DNA of 33,650 nt from positions 1 through 33,650 of the forward strand of contig JBJLBY010000016.1 of NCBI GenBank assembly GCA_045567975.1, written 5' to 3'. The stretch is from Candidatus Poseidoniales archaeon (lineage in GTDB: Archaea; Thermoplasmatota; Poseidoniia; MGIII; CG-Epi1). Both the position numbers and the translations under genes were made by a program. Numbering within the stretch: position 1 is the stretch's first letter; each line of letters starts with the position of its first letter. Below are positions 7,901 through 16,944 of this stretch, in pieces. The notes under the pieces are model-generated. The model did no database searches and was not told the DNA's origin. It saw only the letters and a list, made by a program, of their open reading frames with translations.

Positions 7901-8731
7901 TCAATATTGTTCTTTGTTGTTTGGGAATTTCTTACTTTTAACATCGTTGACGTAAGCTTTCACAGCATTATCTATGTCTTTTGAAAGGTTTAGATATCTA
8001 CGTAAAAATCTAGGATTGAATTCATGTGTCATTCCCAACATGTCATGTAAAACTAATACTTGTCCATCAACATCTACTCCAGCTCCAATACCTATTACTG
8101 GAATTTTAACGGACTTACTAACTTTTTTGGCTAATTTTGCAGGTATTTTCTCTAGTACGATTGAGAAACAACCTGCCTTTTCTAATTCCTTTACATCATT
8201 TATCAATTTATTTGCTTCTTCATCCTCTTTAGCCCTGACAGTGTATGTTCCAAATTTGTAGATAGATTGAGGGGTAAGGCCAAGATGTCCCATAACTGGT
8301 ATACCTGCAGTCAGAATTCTTTCAATTGACTCCATAATCTCTGAACCTCCCTCTAATTTAACTGCATGAGCTCCAGATTCTTTCATAATTCTTATTGAAG
8401 ACTCTAGTGCTCTTTTTGAGTCACCCTGATAGGATCCAAAAGGTAGGTCAACAACTACTAAGGATCTTTTTACAGCCCTTACCACTGAGCTTGCGTGATA
8501 TATCATATTATCAAGAGTTATTGGTAGTGTAGTTTCATGACCCGCTATTACATTTGATGCAGAGTCTCCGACTAGTATAACGTCTATTCCAGCTTCATCA
8601 ACAATTCTGGCTAAGGTGTAATCATACGAAGTAAGCATTGATATTTTTTCTTTTTTTGCTTTCATTTCATGCAAAACATTTGTGGTTATTCTCTTATATT
8701 CTTTAATCATTTTGCTGCCTTTGTAGCACAT
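7901..8731 (-). CDS. panB: 3-methyl-2-oxobutanoate hydroxymethyltransferase (PanB)
   Basis: [36 protein letters not shown] and KLEGG motifs. An internal ATG at 8710 ([10 protein letters not shown]...) is an equally plausible start. Confidence 0.9.
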   Translation of the reverse strand: MCYKGSKMIKEYKRITTNVLHEMKAKKEKISMLTSYDYTLARIVDEAGIDVILVGDSASNVIAGHETTLPITLDNMIYHASSVVRAVKRSLVVVDLPFGSYQGDSKRALESSIRIMKESGAHAVKLEGGSEIMESIERILTAGIPVMGHLGLTPQSIYKFGTYTVRAKEDEEANKLINDVKELEKAGCFSIVLEKIPAKLAKKVSKSVKIPVIGIGAGVDVDGQVLVLHDMLGMTHEFNPRFLRRYLNLSKDIDNAVKAYVNDVKSKKFPNNKEQY

Positions 8732-8768
8732 CTATTGGTAGGCCTATTTATTAAGCATTTTATCTTTT

Positions 8769-9182
8769 TTGAAGTTGTCACTAGCCCTAACTCTTTTAAT
8801 AGGGTTTTGCAACAGGGTAACTGTGCTTGGACATGAGTACGTTCCTATAGGGATATTTGCGCTTATTGCGCTGTCATTTCCTATACTGACATTTTTCATC
8901 GGAAGATTCTTCCGACCCAATAATGACAATGCTCTAAAAAATTCAACTTATGAGTGTGGAGAAATTCCAATGGGAGAGGCTCACATCCAGTTTCATTTTC
9001 AATATTATATGTTTGCAATCTTATTCGTAGTTTTTGATCTAGTTGTTGTCTTTTTAATTCTATGGGTTCAGGTCTATCTATCTTTGGCTGTGTCTGCAAA
9101 GGTAGTTATGCTATTATTTTTGCTTTTGACACTATTAGGTTTGTGGTATGCTTTTAGAAAAGAGGATGTGATATGGATATGA
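8769..9182 (+). CDS. nuoA: NADH-quinone oxidoreductase-like complex, subunit A
   Basis: YECGEIPMGEAHIQFHFQYYMFAILFVVFDLVVVFL is the NuoA/ND3 core. The ORF-track start is TTG; an in-frame GTG at 8823 would give a more typical 119-aa protein. Confidence 0.85.
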   Translation: MKLSLALTLLIGFCNRVTVLGHEYVPIGIFALIALSFPILTFFIGRFFRPNNDNALKNSTYECGEIPMGEAHIQFHFQYYMFAILFVVFDLVVVFLILWVQVYLSLAVSAKVVMLLFLLLTLLGLWYAFRKEDVIWI

Positions 9183-9820
9183 GCAGTAAAGGAATTAGGG
9201 GCAATCCGAAACTCAGACGGGGGGTAGGGTCCAAGACAACAGATTCAGACAAGATTATGGAAGATCCGCCAGCTGGTGATTGGCTTCTACTTCGTTCTGA
9301 CCAGTTTTTGAAATGGATTGATGATACTGTCTACAACATAGCTGAAGCTACTGGGGTAAGAGATGTGGTGAATAGAGTCACAAGACCTATTTTCAACTAT
9401 GCTCAAAGGTTCTCACCTCATCCGCTTCATTTTGGGATAATGTGTTGTGCGATAGAAATGGGTCAGGCCTCAGCGCCAGACCATGATATTGATAGACTAG
9501 GTTTAGTTTATAGGTCATCACCAAGACAATGTGATGTGTTGATTGTTAACGGACCAGTTTGTGAAAAATTAAGGCCTAAATTAAAAACATTATATGAGCA
9601 AATGCCAGAACCAAAGTGGGTCATTGCAATGGGAGAGTGTGCTATATCTGGTGGGCCATATTGGGATTCTTATTCCGTTGTTGCTGGTGCTGATACTTTT
9701 ATGCCTGTTGATGTCTATATTCCTGGCTGCCCAGTTAGACCTGAAGCTTTGATGCATGGTTTCTTAACATTACAGAAAAAGATTAGAGAAAAAGAACCTG
9801 GAATGTTTTTGAGGAGATAA
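9173..9820 (+). CDS. nuoB: Complex I subunit B (cluster N2 carrier) with an extended N-terminus
   Basis: [18 protein letters not shown] and IPGCPVRPE cysteine motifs. About 75 aa precede the SPHPLHFG region, compared with roughly 35-40 in typical NuoB. ATG 9179 (ATGA overlap with nuoA) is an alternative start. Confidence 0.9.
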   Translation: MDMSSKGIRGNPKLRRGVGSKTTDSDKIMEDPPAGDWLLLRSDQFLKWIDDTVYNIAEATGVRDVVNRVTRPIFNYAQRFSPHPLHFGIMCCAIEMGQASAPDHDIDRLGLVYRSSPRQCDVLIVNGPVCEKLRPKLKTLYEQMPEPKWVIAMGECAISGGPYWDSYSVVAGADTFMPVDVYIPGCPVRPEALMHGFLTLQKKIREKEPGMFLRR

Positions 9821-9821
9821 A

Positions 9822-10301
9822 ATGGAAATAAAGGCCTTCATGAAGGAATTGTCGTCTGATAAAGGCGTTAGTGATATTTCTTTATTAAGGTCTAATGTAG
9901 TTAAGATAAATTTAGAAAGAGATAATTGTAAGGAATTTTTCACAAAAGTTAAAGATGGTTATGGGTTTGAGCACTGTTCTCTTATTAGTGCTATTGATAA
10001 TCAACCAGAGTTTGAACTAGTTTACCATTTTTCAGTTATTGATGGGTCTATATTTGTTGAGGATAATCCTGCAGCAGTTATGCTTGAAGTTCATATATTC
10101 CTTAAAAGGGATACTCCTACAGTTGATTCGATTTCAGATCTTTGGTTTGGGGCCAATTGGCATGAGAGAGAAGCATACGATTTGATGGGTATATACTTTA
10201 TAGGTCATCCAGATTTAAGAAGAGTTCTTCTTCCTGAAGGTTTTGCAGGCCATCCTCTTAGGAAAGATTATGTGTATGAAATACACGAGGAGGAGTGGTA
10301 A
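9822..10301 (+). CDS. nuoC: Complex I subunit C (30-kDa family)
   Basis: [29 protein letters not shown] motif. GAGGAG Shine-Dalgarno sequence upstream. Confidence 0.85.
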   Translation: MEIKAFMKELSSDKGVSDISLLRSNVVKINLERDNCKEFFTKVKDGYGFEHCSLISAIDNQPEFELVYHFSVIDGSIFVEDNPAAVMLEVHIFLKRDTPTVDSISDLWFGANWHEREAYDLMGIYFIGHPDLRRVLLPEGFAGHPLRKDYVYEIHEEEW

Positions 10302-11395
10302 TGGCTGAGATGTGGATTAGTATGGGTCCGCAACACCCTATGACTCATGGTCTTTGGACTCTGAAGGTTAAAGTCGACGGCGAGACGATAACTGATGCAG
10401 ATCCTGAATTAGGTTATCTTCACCGTTCAGTTGAAAAGATGGGTGAACGTCGTAAGTACTTCATGAACACTACTTTGACAGATAGGTTGTGCTATGCTAG
10501 TTCTACAACTTGGACACATTGTTATGCACTTTCAGTTGAGGAGTTAATGGAAGTCGAAGTTCCTCAAAGGGCTAAATATATACGTACAATTATGCTGGAG
10601 TTGCAACGTTTAGCTTCACACTTGATGTGGGCTGGCGCTTACATGCCAGATTTAGGGCATATTACTGGGGCACTCTACTTCTGGAGAGATAGAGAATTAT
10701 TTCTAAATCTACTAGAGCTACCTAGTGGAAGCCGTTTACTTTACAATTACATTCGAATTGGTGGCGTTAAGAGAGATTTGCCTGACGGATTTATGGAGAA
10801 GACAGAGAGAGTTCTCAAATTATTTGAGCAAAGATTGGATGAATATGCAGATTTATTTGAAAATTCAAAGATTTTTAGGATGAGAACTGAGGACGTGGGT
10901 AACTTTTCAGCAGTTCAAGCAAAAAATTTAGGTATCACTGGACCCAATTTGAGAGGTTGTGGTACAAAGTTCGATTTTCGTGAGCACGATACATATGAAA
11001 TATATGAAGAGATTGATTGGGAAATTCAGACTAGGGAAGCTGGTCCTGGCTACGGAGATTGTTTCAGTAGATATATGGTTAGAATTGATGAAATGAGAGA
11101 GTCAGTTCGTATCATTCGAGAATGCTTTGCTAAAATGCCGGAAGGTCCTACTATGGCTTCTAGGGTTCCAGTTCGTGCTACTGGTGAGGCTTTTAGGCGT
11201 ACTGAAGATCCGAGAGGTGAGGCTTTGATGTACATTGTAGGAGATGGTAGTGATAGGCCATATCGTTGGAAAATAAAAAGTCCTATGTTCACTACAATCT
11301 CAGCTTGTCCACATTATTTGAAAGGGTACAAACTTGCAGATATTCCAGCTATAATGGGTAGCATAGATATTTGTATAGGAGAAACCGACAAATGA
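10295..11395 (+). CDS. nuoD: Complex I subunit D (49-kDa family)
   Basis: [28 protein letters not shown] and a C-terminal IGETDK. ATG at 10301 (TAATG overlap with nuoC) is the more likely start. Confidence 0.9.
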   Translation: MVMAEMWISMGPQHPMTHGLWTLKVKVDGETITDADPELGYLHRSVEKMGERRKYFMNTTLTDRLCYASSTTWTHCYALSVEELMEVEVPQRAKYIRTIMLELQRLASHLMWAGAYMPDLGHITGALYFWRDRELFLNLLELPSGSRLLYNYIRIGGVKRDLPDGFMEKTERVLKLFEQRLDEYADLFENSKIFRMRTEDVGNFSAVQAKNLGITGPNLRGCGTKFDFREHDTYEIYEEIDWEIQTREAGPGYGDCFSRYMVRIDEMRESVRIIRECFAKMPEGPTMASRVPVRATGEAFRRTEDPRGEALMYIVGDGSDRPYRWKIKSPMFTTISACPHYLKGYKLADIPAIMGSIDICIGETDK

Positions 11396-12624
11396 GTTTG
11401 TTCTCAGTTTGCAAGTCTATGGCAGAGTGGACTGCTAATTATATGCTAATTCCGGTTTTTGAGTTTCAGAGGAATCTGTTCCCACCATTCAGTCATCCCG
11501 CAGGTATGGTGGCTGACTGGTTAAGTACAGATGGAGGTCTTAACACACTAGCTTGGGTATTTGCAGTAAATATCGCATTTGCGGTTGGTATGACTAATCT
11601 GATTATTGTCATCCATTTAGAAAGGAAAATTGCAGCTAGGATACAAGATCGTAGAGGGCCTATGCTCTCTTTCAGATCATTTAGGGAACTAGGGGAAGAT
11701 TTAGCAGGTAATGCACCAACTTGGAGATTTAAAGAAAATTATGCTGGCATTGGTATTTTACAGAATATGGCCGATGGAATTAAAGCGATTACTAAGGAAT
11801 TGATTATACCTGCTAAAGCAGATAAATTTCTATTTACTATGGGTCCTATAATTTTTATTTCTTCATCTGTATTTTTACTAGCGCTTTTCCCTCTTTCAGA
11901 TAGGTTTGCAGCTTCATCTGCACCAGCAGGTTTAATGGTTATTATGGCTGCTTTCTCTATTGCACCAATTGGAGTTCTAACATCTGGTTGGGCTTCAAAT
12001 AATAAATATTCCATGATTGGTGGAATGAGATCTGCAGCTCAATTGATGTCCTATGAAATACCCTTGCTTCTAAGTATGGCTGGTGTTTTTCTCTTAGCTG
12101 GTTCTTTTGACCCCGTAGATATCGTTGAGCAACAAAGAGAATCAACATGGCTTTTTGGGTTGCCAATGTGGAATTTCATTCCTCAATTTATTGGATTTGT
12201 GGTCTTCATGATATGTATACTAGCTGAAGTAGAGAGAGTTCCTTTTGATTTGCCAGAGGCTGAAGCTGAGCTTGTTGAGGGTTGGACTACAGAATATAGT
12301 GGTATCCGTTATATGTTGTTTTTAGCAGCAGAATACATTCGGGGTTTTGCAGGAGCTGCAGTAGCTACAATATTGTTTTTAGGTGGCTGGGCTGGGCCTT
12401 GGCCAGTACCGCCAGAGATTTGGTTCTTGTTGAAAGTTTACTTGATTTTAATATTCTGGATTTTTATTAGATGGACAGTTCCACGTATAAGAACTGATCA
12501 AATTCTGGAGTTAGGGTGGAAAAAACTTCTGCCTTTATCTTTAATAAATATTCTAATAGTGATTCTTATGGTAGAGATTTATCCTTATTTCAGCGAAGTT
12601 GTTCAACTTCCGGAGGTATTTTAG
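11392..12624 (+). CDS. nuoH: Complex I subunit H (ND1 family) with an N-terminal extension and a ~30-aa insertion in the first cytoplasmic loop
   Basis: ERKIAARIQDRRGP ... LQNMADGIKAITKE and EVERVPFDLPEAEAELVEGWTTEYSG. I chose the ATG at 11392, which overlaps the nuoD stop as ATGA. The ORF track offers TTG at 11371. Confidence 0.9.
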   Translation: MSLFSVCKSMAEWTANYMLIPVFEFQRNLFPPFSHPAGMVADWLSTDGGLNTLAWVFAVNIAFAVGMTNLIIVIHLERKIAARIQDRRGPMLSFRSFRELGEDLAGNAPTWRFKENYAGIGILQNMADGIKAITKELIIPAKADKFLFTMGPIIFISSSVFLLALFPLSDRFAASSAPAGLMVIMAAFSIAPIGVLTSGWASNNKYSMIGGMRSAAQLMSYEIPLLLSMAGVFLLAGSFDPVDIVEQQRESTWLFGLPMWNFIPQFIGFVVFMICILAEVERVPFDLPEAEAELVEGWTTEYSGIRYMLFLAAEYIRGFAGAAVATILFLGGWAGPWPVPPEIWFLLKVYLILIFWIFIRWTVPRIRTDQILELGWKKLLPLSLINILIVILMVEIYPYFSEVVQLPEVF

Positions 12625-13401
12625 ATGAGTAGTGACAGAGACATTGGAATAATGGATATTCTTGTTAATCCTATGAAGGTTACTTTGAAGCAGTTTTTCA
12701 AGTCAACTTTTGGTAAGCCAACAACTGTGATGTACCCTCTTGAAAAGAGAGATCCTCCACCTACCTACAGAGGGATGAATGCAGTTATTTGGGATCTTTG
12801 CATTGGTTGTGGTATTTGTGGTGAAGTTTGTCCTAACAAATGTTTGAAAATGAAACCAACAGATTTGTCTGAAGAAGAAAAAGATAGGGCATGGTATGGT
12901 TCTCATGTGGCTAAAAGAAAGCATAAGGCTGAGAGGCCAGCAATTAACTTTGGTCACTGCATGTTTTGTGGTTTCTGTGAAGATTATTGTCCAACTGGTG
13001 CTATGACTATGACTGATTTTTATGAGCTTGCAGATACTACAAGAGAGGGTCTAATTTATCCTGCACGTTCTATGAAAGTTGATCTAGAAGAGTTACCACA
13101 ATTACCTTTAACCAATTATATGATGGAATCTCCGGTTTTGAATTCAGATACTTGCATAGGATGTAGCAAATGTGTTGATAATTGTCCAACTAATTGTATA
13201 ATTATGGATGAAGGCCCTCAGAATAAAGAATTGAAGAGTGGTAAAGTGAGAAATGTTGAAAACCCTTATTTTGATTATACTATTTGTATTGGTTGTTCAA
13301 CTTGTGTAAAAGTTTGCCCAGCTTCTTGCTTGCACATGGAGCCTATAAGCAATTCTGGTTCTAGTGGTCTTAAGGCCAAGGTATCTGAGACGGAGGCATA
13401 G
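12625..13401 (+). CDS. nuoI: Complex I subunit I fused to an additional C-terminal 2x[4Fe-4S] ferredoxin domain
   Basis: Four CxxCxxCxxxCP motifs start at Cys59, Cys112, Cys177 and Cys221. The first pair has the NuoI spacing. 258 aa, compared with roughly 150-180 for a usual NuoI. Confidence 0.9.
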   Translation: MSSDRDIGIMDILVNPMKVTLKQFFKSTFGKPTTVMYPLEKRDPPPTYRGMNAVIWDLCIGCGICGEVCPNKCLKMKPTDLSEEEKDRAWYGSHVAKRKHKAERPAINFGHCMFCGFCEDYCPTGAMTMTDFYELADTTREGLIYPARSMKVDLEELPQLPLTNYMMESPVLNSDTCIGCSKCVDNCPTNCIIMDEGPQNKELKSGKVRNVENPYFDYTICIGCSTCVKVCPASCLHMEPISNSGSSGLKAKVSETEA

Positions 13402-13404
13402 TCT

Positions 13405-13668
13405 TTGGATTTAGCAGTTGTAGTTTTCTGGGGCCTTGGCTCTTTGATTTTGGCGTCAGCTTGGGCTGTCGTAAATGGTAAAGATATTGTGCATTCAGTC
13501 GTATGGCTTTCAACTGTTTTTCTTTTGACCGCAGGTCTTTTTATTATTGCGGATGCTGAATTTCTAGCAGTTATTCAAGTATTGGTATATGTAGGTGCTA
13601 TCTCTGTGGTCATTATTTTTGGTATTATGCTTACAAAGAGGACTCTGAAAGGAGGAGAAAATGTCTGA
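13405..13668 (+). CDS. nuoJ1: Complex I subunit J, N-terminal half (TM1-3)
   Basis: AEFLAVIQVLVYVGAISVVIIFGIMLTK is the conserved NuoJ TM3 region. TTG start. Three hydrophobic helices. Confidence 0.75.
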   Translation: MDLAVVVFWGLGSLILASAWAVVNGKDIVHSVVWLSTVFLLTAGLFIIADAEFLAVIQVLVYVGAISVVIIFGIMLTKRTLKGGENV

Positions 13669-14473
13669 TAGAACAGTTATTTGGTTTAGAGATGTTTTTG
13701 TCATAGTTCTGGTAATTTACGTTGTTTCCTCGGTTGCTATGGCACCATGGGCTAATTTGAAACCAGATATGTCATATTCAGACTCTTGTCAAACTGGATG
13801 TCCGCCAGTCATGATTTTCCCAGAAAATGGTTATTATCATTACAAGGATGAACTAACTTTTGATTGGAATCCAATATCTATTGATTATTTGGTTGTTATA
13901 GAAGATGAAAACTCTGATATTATTTTGAGCGAGAATGTCACAGACATGACCACTTTCACAACTTCAAAAGTTGTAGCTGGAAATTATACCTCATCCGTTT
14001 TCTTCAAAGGAATTTCTGGAGCTTTTGATTCGGATGATCATCCTTTAGTTTCTTCCACAGAACATAAGTTAGAGTCTTCATCGAAAATAACTCTAATCTG
14101 GGCAGATACTGAAGTTACTTACAATATTCAGATTAAGTTGGTTGAAGATCCAGATATTCTCTCTGAATATCATCCAGTCGTGCATCAAATATCGGGTATT
14201 GAATCTACAAGTTACGAATATTCCGATTTTGATCCAGGTCATACTTACTTCTGGTCTGTGAGTGGTTCGGCCAACTTTACAGATGATATTGGTAATCGAC
14301 TTGGATTTGAATCTGAGATGTCCACAGACTCGGAACTCAATATAGATACTACAAAGTTTTTAGCTTTTGAATTATTCAATGATTGGGATTTACCGTTTAT
14401 TTTGTTAGGTGTCTTAATGGTCATTGCTTTACAGGCTGGTGTATTTTTAGCTAGGGAGGAAAAAGATGATTGA
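13661..14473 (+). CDS. nuoJ2: Complex I subunit J, C-terminal half (TM4-5) carrying a ~200-aa insertion between the two helices
   Basis: The C-terminus FLAFELFNDWDLPFILLGVLMVIALQAGVFLAREE matches the NuoJ C-terminal helix. N-terminal TM helix VFVIVLVIYVVSSVAMAPW. A strong GGAGGAG sits 5 nt upstream of an ATG that overlaps the nuoJ1 stop. Confidence 0.7.
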   Translation: MSDRTVIWFRDVFVIVLVIYVVSSVAMAPWANLKPDMSYSDSCQTGCPPVMIFPENGYYHYKDELTFDWNPISIDYLVVIEDENSDIILSENVTDMTTFTTSKVVAGNYTSSVFFKGISGAFDSDDHPLVSSTEHKLESSSKITLIWADTEVTYNIQIKLVEDPDILSEYHPVVHQISGIESTSYEYSDFDPGHTYFWSVSGSANFTDDIGNRLGFESEMSTDSELNIDTTKFLAFELFNDWDLPFILLGVLMVIALQAGVFLAREEKDD

Positions 14474-14768
14474 TCCCTTCCACTTCATAGTATTTTCATC
14501 ACTATTATTTATGATTGGAGCTTATGGCGTTATAAGAAATAAGAATTCAATAGTGGTTTTGATGTCTGTTGAGATAATGCTTACTGCTGCGAACATTAAC
14601 TTTGTTGCATTTTCTACATATTATAATGATTTAACTGGGCAAATCGTAGCACTCTTTGTCACAACAATAGCTGCAGCTGAAGTTGCTATTGGTTTAGCTA
14701 TTCTTTTAAGTCTTTTTAAGCAAAGAGATACAATTGAGTTAGATTTACTTAATAGGTTGAGGTGGTAG
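14466..14768 (+). CDS. nuoK: Complex I subunit K
   Basis: 100 aa with three TM helices. VEIMLTAANINFVAF and AAAEVAIGLAILL motifs. Confidence 0.9.
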   Translation: MIDPFHFIVFSSLLFMIGAYGVIRNKNSIVVLMSVEIMLTAANINFVAFSTYYNDLTGQIVALFVTTIAAAEVAIGLAILLSLFKQRDTIELDLLNRLRW

Positions 14769-14769
14769 C

Positions 14770-16944
14770 TTGGGTAGTCAAGAGCGTAATTCCAACATTT
14801 TTCTTAATAAAGTAATTATTTCTGCACTTTTAGCAATTGCTTTGTTGGCATTTTTGGTTATGCCAGGATCAAAAACACCAGTTCATTTCTCTTGGCTTGT
14901 CCCTGTCTTCCCTTTAATTTCTTTTGGATTAATACTAATATTTGGTATGCAAGATTCAGAGAGAGGTGGTTCTATTGCCTTATTAGGTGCTAGTTTTTCT
15001 TCAGTATTTTCATTATCTATAGCTTATGATGTTTTTATCAATAATGCAGTTCATGGTTCCTTCATAGAATCCACAAGAGTCTGGTTTAGTGGTTCAACCT
15101 ATTCTTTTGAGTTTGGAACTTATATCGATTCCTTAGCAGCCTTATTGCTGTTAGTAGTCGGTCTTGTATCTTACTTAATCGTAGTATTTTCGATTAGTTA
15201 TATGGATGATCAAGGAGATAGGCGTATTCGTTATTTTGCTGAAATTTCACTTTTCATTACAGCAATGTATGGTTTAACTGTAGCAAATTCGTTTTTGTTG
15301 ATGTTTATTTTCTGGGAGATAATGGGTGTTTGTTCTTATCTTTTAATTGGTTTCTGGTATGAGAAGCCTTCAGCATCATCTGCTGCAAAGAAGGCATTCA
15401 TAGTCACCAGAGTTGGTGATGTTTTCCTTCTTTTGGGTTTAGTTATACTGTATAATACATTTGGTACGCTACGTTACTCGGAACTTTTTGCAGACCCTCA
15501 AATTATAATGAACAATCTTGAGGAAGTAAAATGGGCAACTCTCTGTCTGTTTGGAGGTTCAGTTGGCAAGTCTGCTCAATTCCCATTACACGTATGGCTT
15601 CCGGATGCTATGGAAGGTCCTACAACAGTTTCAGCTCTAATACACGCAGCTACAATGGTGAAGGCTGGAGTTTTTTTGGTAGCAAGAGCTTTCCCATTGA
15701 TAGTTCATAGTCCAGATACAGCAATATACATAGCTGTAACAGGAGGTGTAACTGCACTCATAGCCGCGAGTATGGCCATGGTTATGTACGACATCAAGAA
15801 AGTCCTTGCGTATTCTACTATTTCACAATTAGGTTACATGTTTCTTGCATTAGGTACTGGAGCATGGGCTGTGTGGCATGCAGCTGAAGAAGGATTAGAG
15901 ATTCATTCACAAGGGTATATGGCAGGTTTGTTCCATTTGATGAATCATGCTTTTTTTAAGGCACTACTATTTTTGGGGTCTGGTGCAGTTATTCACTCAG
16001 TTCACACACAAGATATGCGTGAAATGGGTGGTCTTAGACAAACAATGCCTATTACCTCCACCACTATGGGTCTTGGAGTTTTATCTATAGCAGGAGTACC
16101 ATTCTTCTCAGGTTTCTGGTCTAAGGATGAAATATTGGAGGCTGTGCACTATAATGGTCATAGTGAAGGTATTTTTGGTGCATTATGGTGGATGGCATTG
16201 TTAACTGCAGGTATGACTGCTTTTTACATGACACGTCTTTGGATGATGACTTTCAGTGGTCCTTTGAAACGGACTATAGAAGAAATGGTTCCTGCAAAAG
16301 ATCATGACTCTTCAGGGAATTGGGTTTTGAAAAAGAGGAAATTAGCGACCCATAGTCATGAATCGCCTCTCATAATGACATTTCCTTTGATGATTCTAGC
16401 TTTTTTGGCAGTTTTCTCAGGTTTCTTCTTGTTTTTAGGCGAAGGCTTTGGAGGAAAAGTTTACTATGGCTCTCATCATTCCTCGGAGGGTAATATTCAA
16501 TGGGGAATTATCGATCATATTTTATCTTCTAATCTAACTTATTTGTCTGTCACAGTTGGTCTTACTGGAGTCACATTGGGTTACCTATTCTATAAGAGAG
16601 GCCCAGATGGTAATACAGCATTTTCGACTGATTTTGTCAAAAATAATTTTGTTCTAAGCTCGCTTCATACTTTCCTTTTAAACAGACTATATATGGCTAA
16701 ATTGTTTGATTGGATTGGGATGAGAACATGGGATACGTTCGCTTCAATTTGTGATTGGTTTGATAGGAACATTATTGATGGTATTGTCAATTTTACTGCA
16801 TTCAGTGCTCAGGAATTGGGTCGAATATTTAGGAAAACCACTTCAGGTTTTACAGGTCATTATGCATCATTAAGTATAGGTGGTCTTGGTTTCCTAGTAA
16901 TTATTACTAGAATTGTTATGCCTTTAATGGGGTGGTCACTTTGA
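14770..16944 (+). CDS. nuoL: Complex I subunit L (antiporter-like, with long C-terminal region)
   Basis: FWEIMGVCSYLLIGFWY and WLPDAMEGPTTVSALIHAATMVKAGVFL. 724 aa. TTG start preceded by GAGGTGG. Confidence 0.9.
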   Translation: MGSQERNSNIFLNKVIISALLAIALLAFLVMPGSKTPVHFSWLVPVFPLISFGLILIFGMQDSERGGSIALLGASFSSVFSLSIAYDVFINNAVHGSFIESTRVWFSGSTYSFEFGTYIDSLAALLLLVVGLVSYLIVVFSISYMDDQGDRRIRYFAEISLFITAMYGLTVANSFLLMFIFWEIMGVCSYLLIGFWYEKPSASSAAKKAFIVTRVGDVFLLLGLVILYNTFGTLRYSELFADPQIIMNNLEEVKWATLCLFGGSVGKSAQFPLHVWLPDAMEGPTTVSALIHAATMVKAGVFLVARAFPLIVHSPDTAIYIAVTGGVTALIAASMAMVMYDIKKVLAYSTISQLGYMFLALGTGAWAVWHAAEEGLEIHSQGYMAGLFHLMNHAFFKALLFLGSGAVIHSVHTQDMREMGGLRQTMPITSTTMGLGVLSIAGVPFFSGFWSKDEILEAVHYNGHSEGIFGALWWMALLTAGMTAFYMTRLWMMTFSGPLKRTIEEMVPAKDHDSSGNWVLKKRKLATHSHESPLIMTFPLMILAFLAVFSGFFLFLGEGFGGKVYYGSHHSSEGNIQWGIIDHILSSNLTYLSVTVGLTGVTLGYLFYKRGPDGNTAFSTDFVKNNFVLSSLHTFLLNRLYMAKLFDWIGMRTWDTFASICDWFDRNIIDGIVNFTAFSAQELGRIFRKTTSGFTGHYASLSIGGLGFLVIITRIVMPLMGWSL

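Noticed and set aside
8744-9099. Minus-strand ORFs 8744..8929 and 8896..9099 opposite nuoA. The same applies to 11050..11292, 11739..12014, 11957..12166, 12703..12957, 17309..17503 and the alternative-frame ORF 19458..19697 inside nuo genes
   Set aside because: They are shadow ORFs within well-supported nuo coding regions. They show no motifs and no plausible start-site signals.
11371-11395. Possibility that nuoE/F/G were lost through an assembly gap between nuoD and nuoH
   Set aside because: The nuoD stop and the nuoH start overlap as ATGA at 11392..11395, with continuous sequence. The 11-subunit arrangement is the normal archaeal state.
13405-14473. Possibility that the nuoJ1/nuoJ2 split is a frameshifted pseudogene or a sequencing error
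   Set aside because: The second ORF has its own ATG overlapping the first stop, preceded by a strong GGAGGAG. Both parts retain conserved NuoJ helices, and split NuoJ genes are known in archaea. Read-level confirmation is still advisable.
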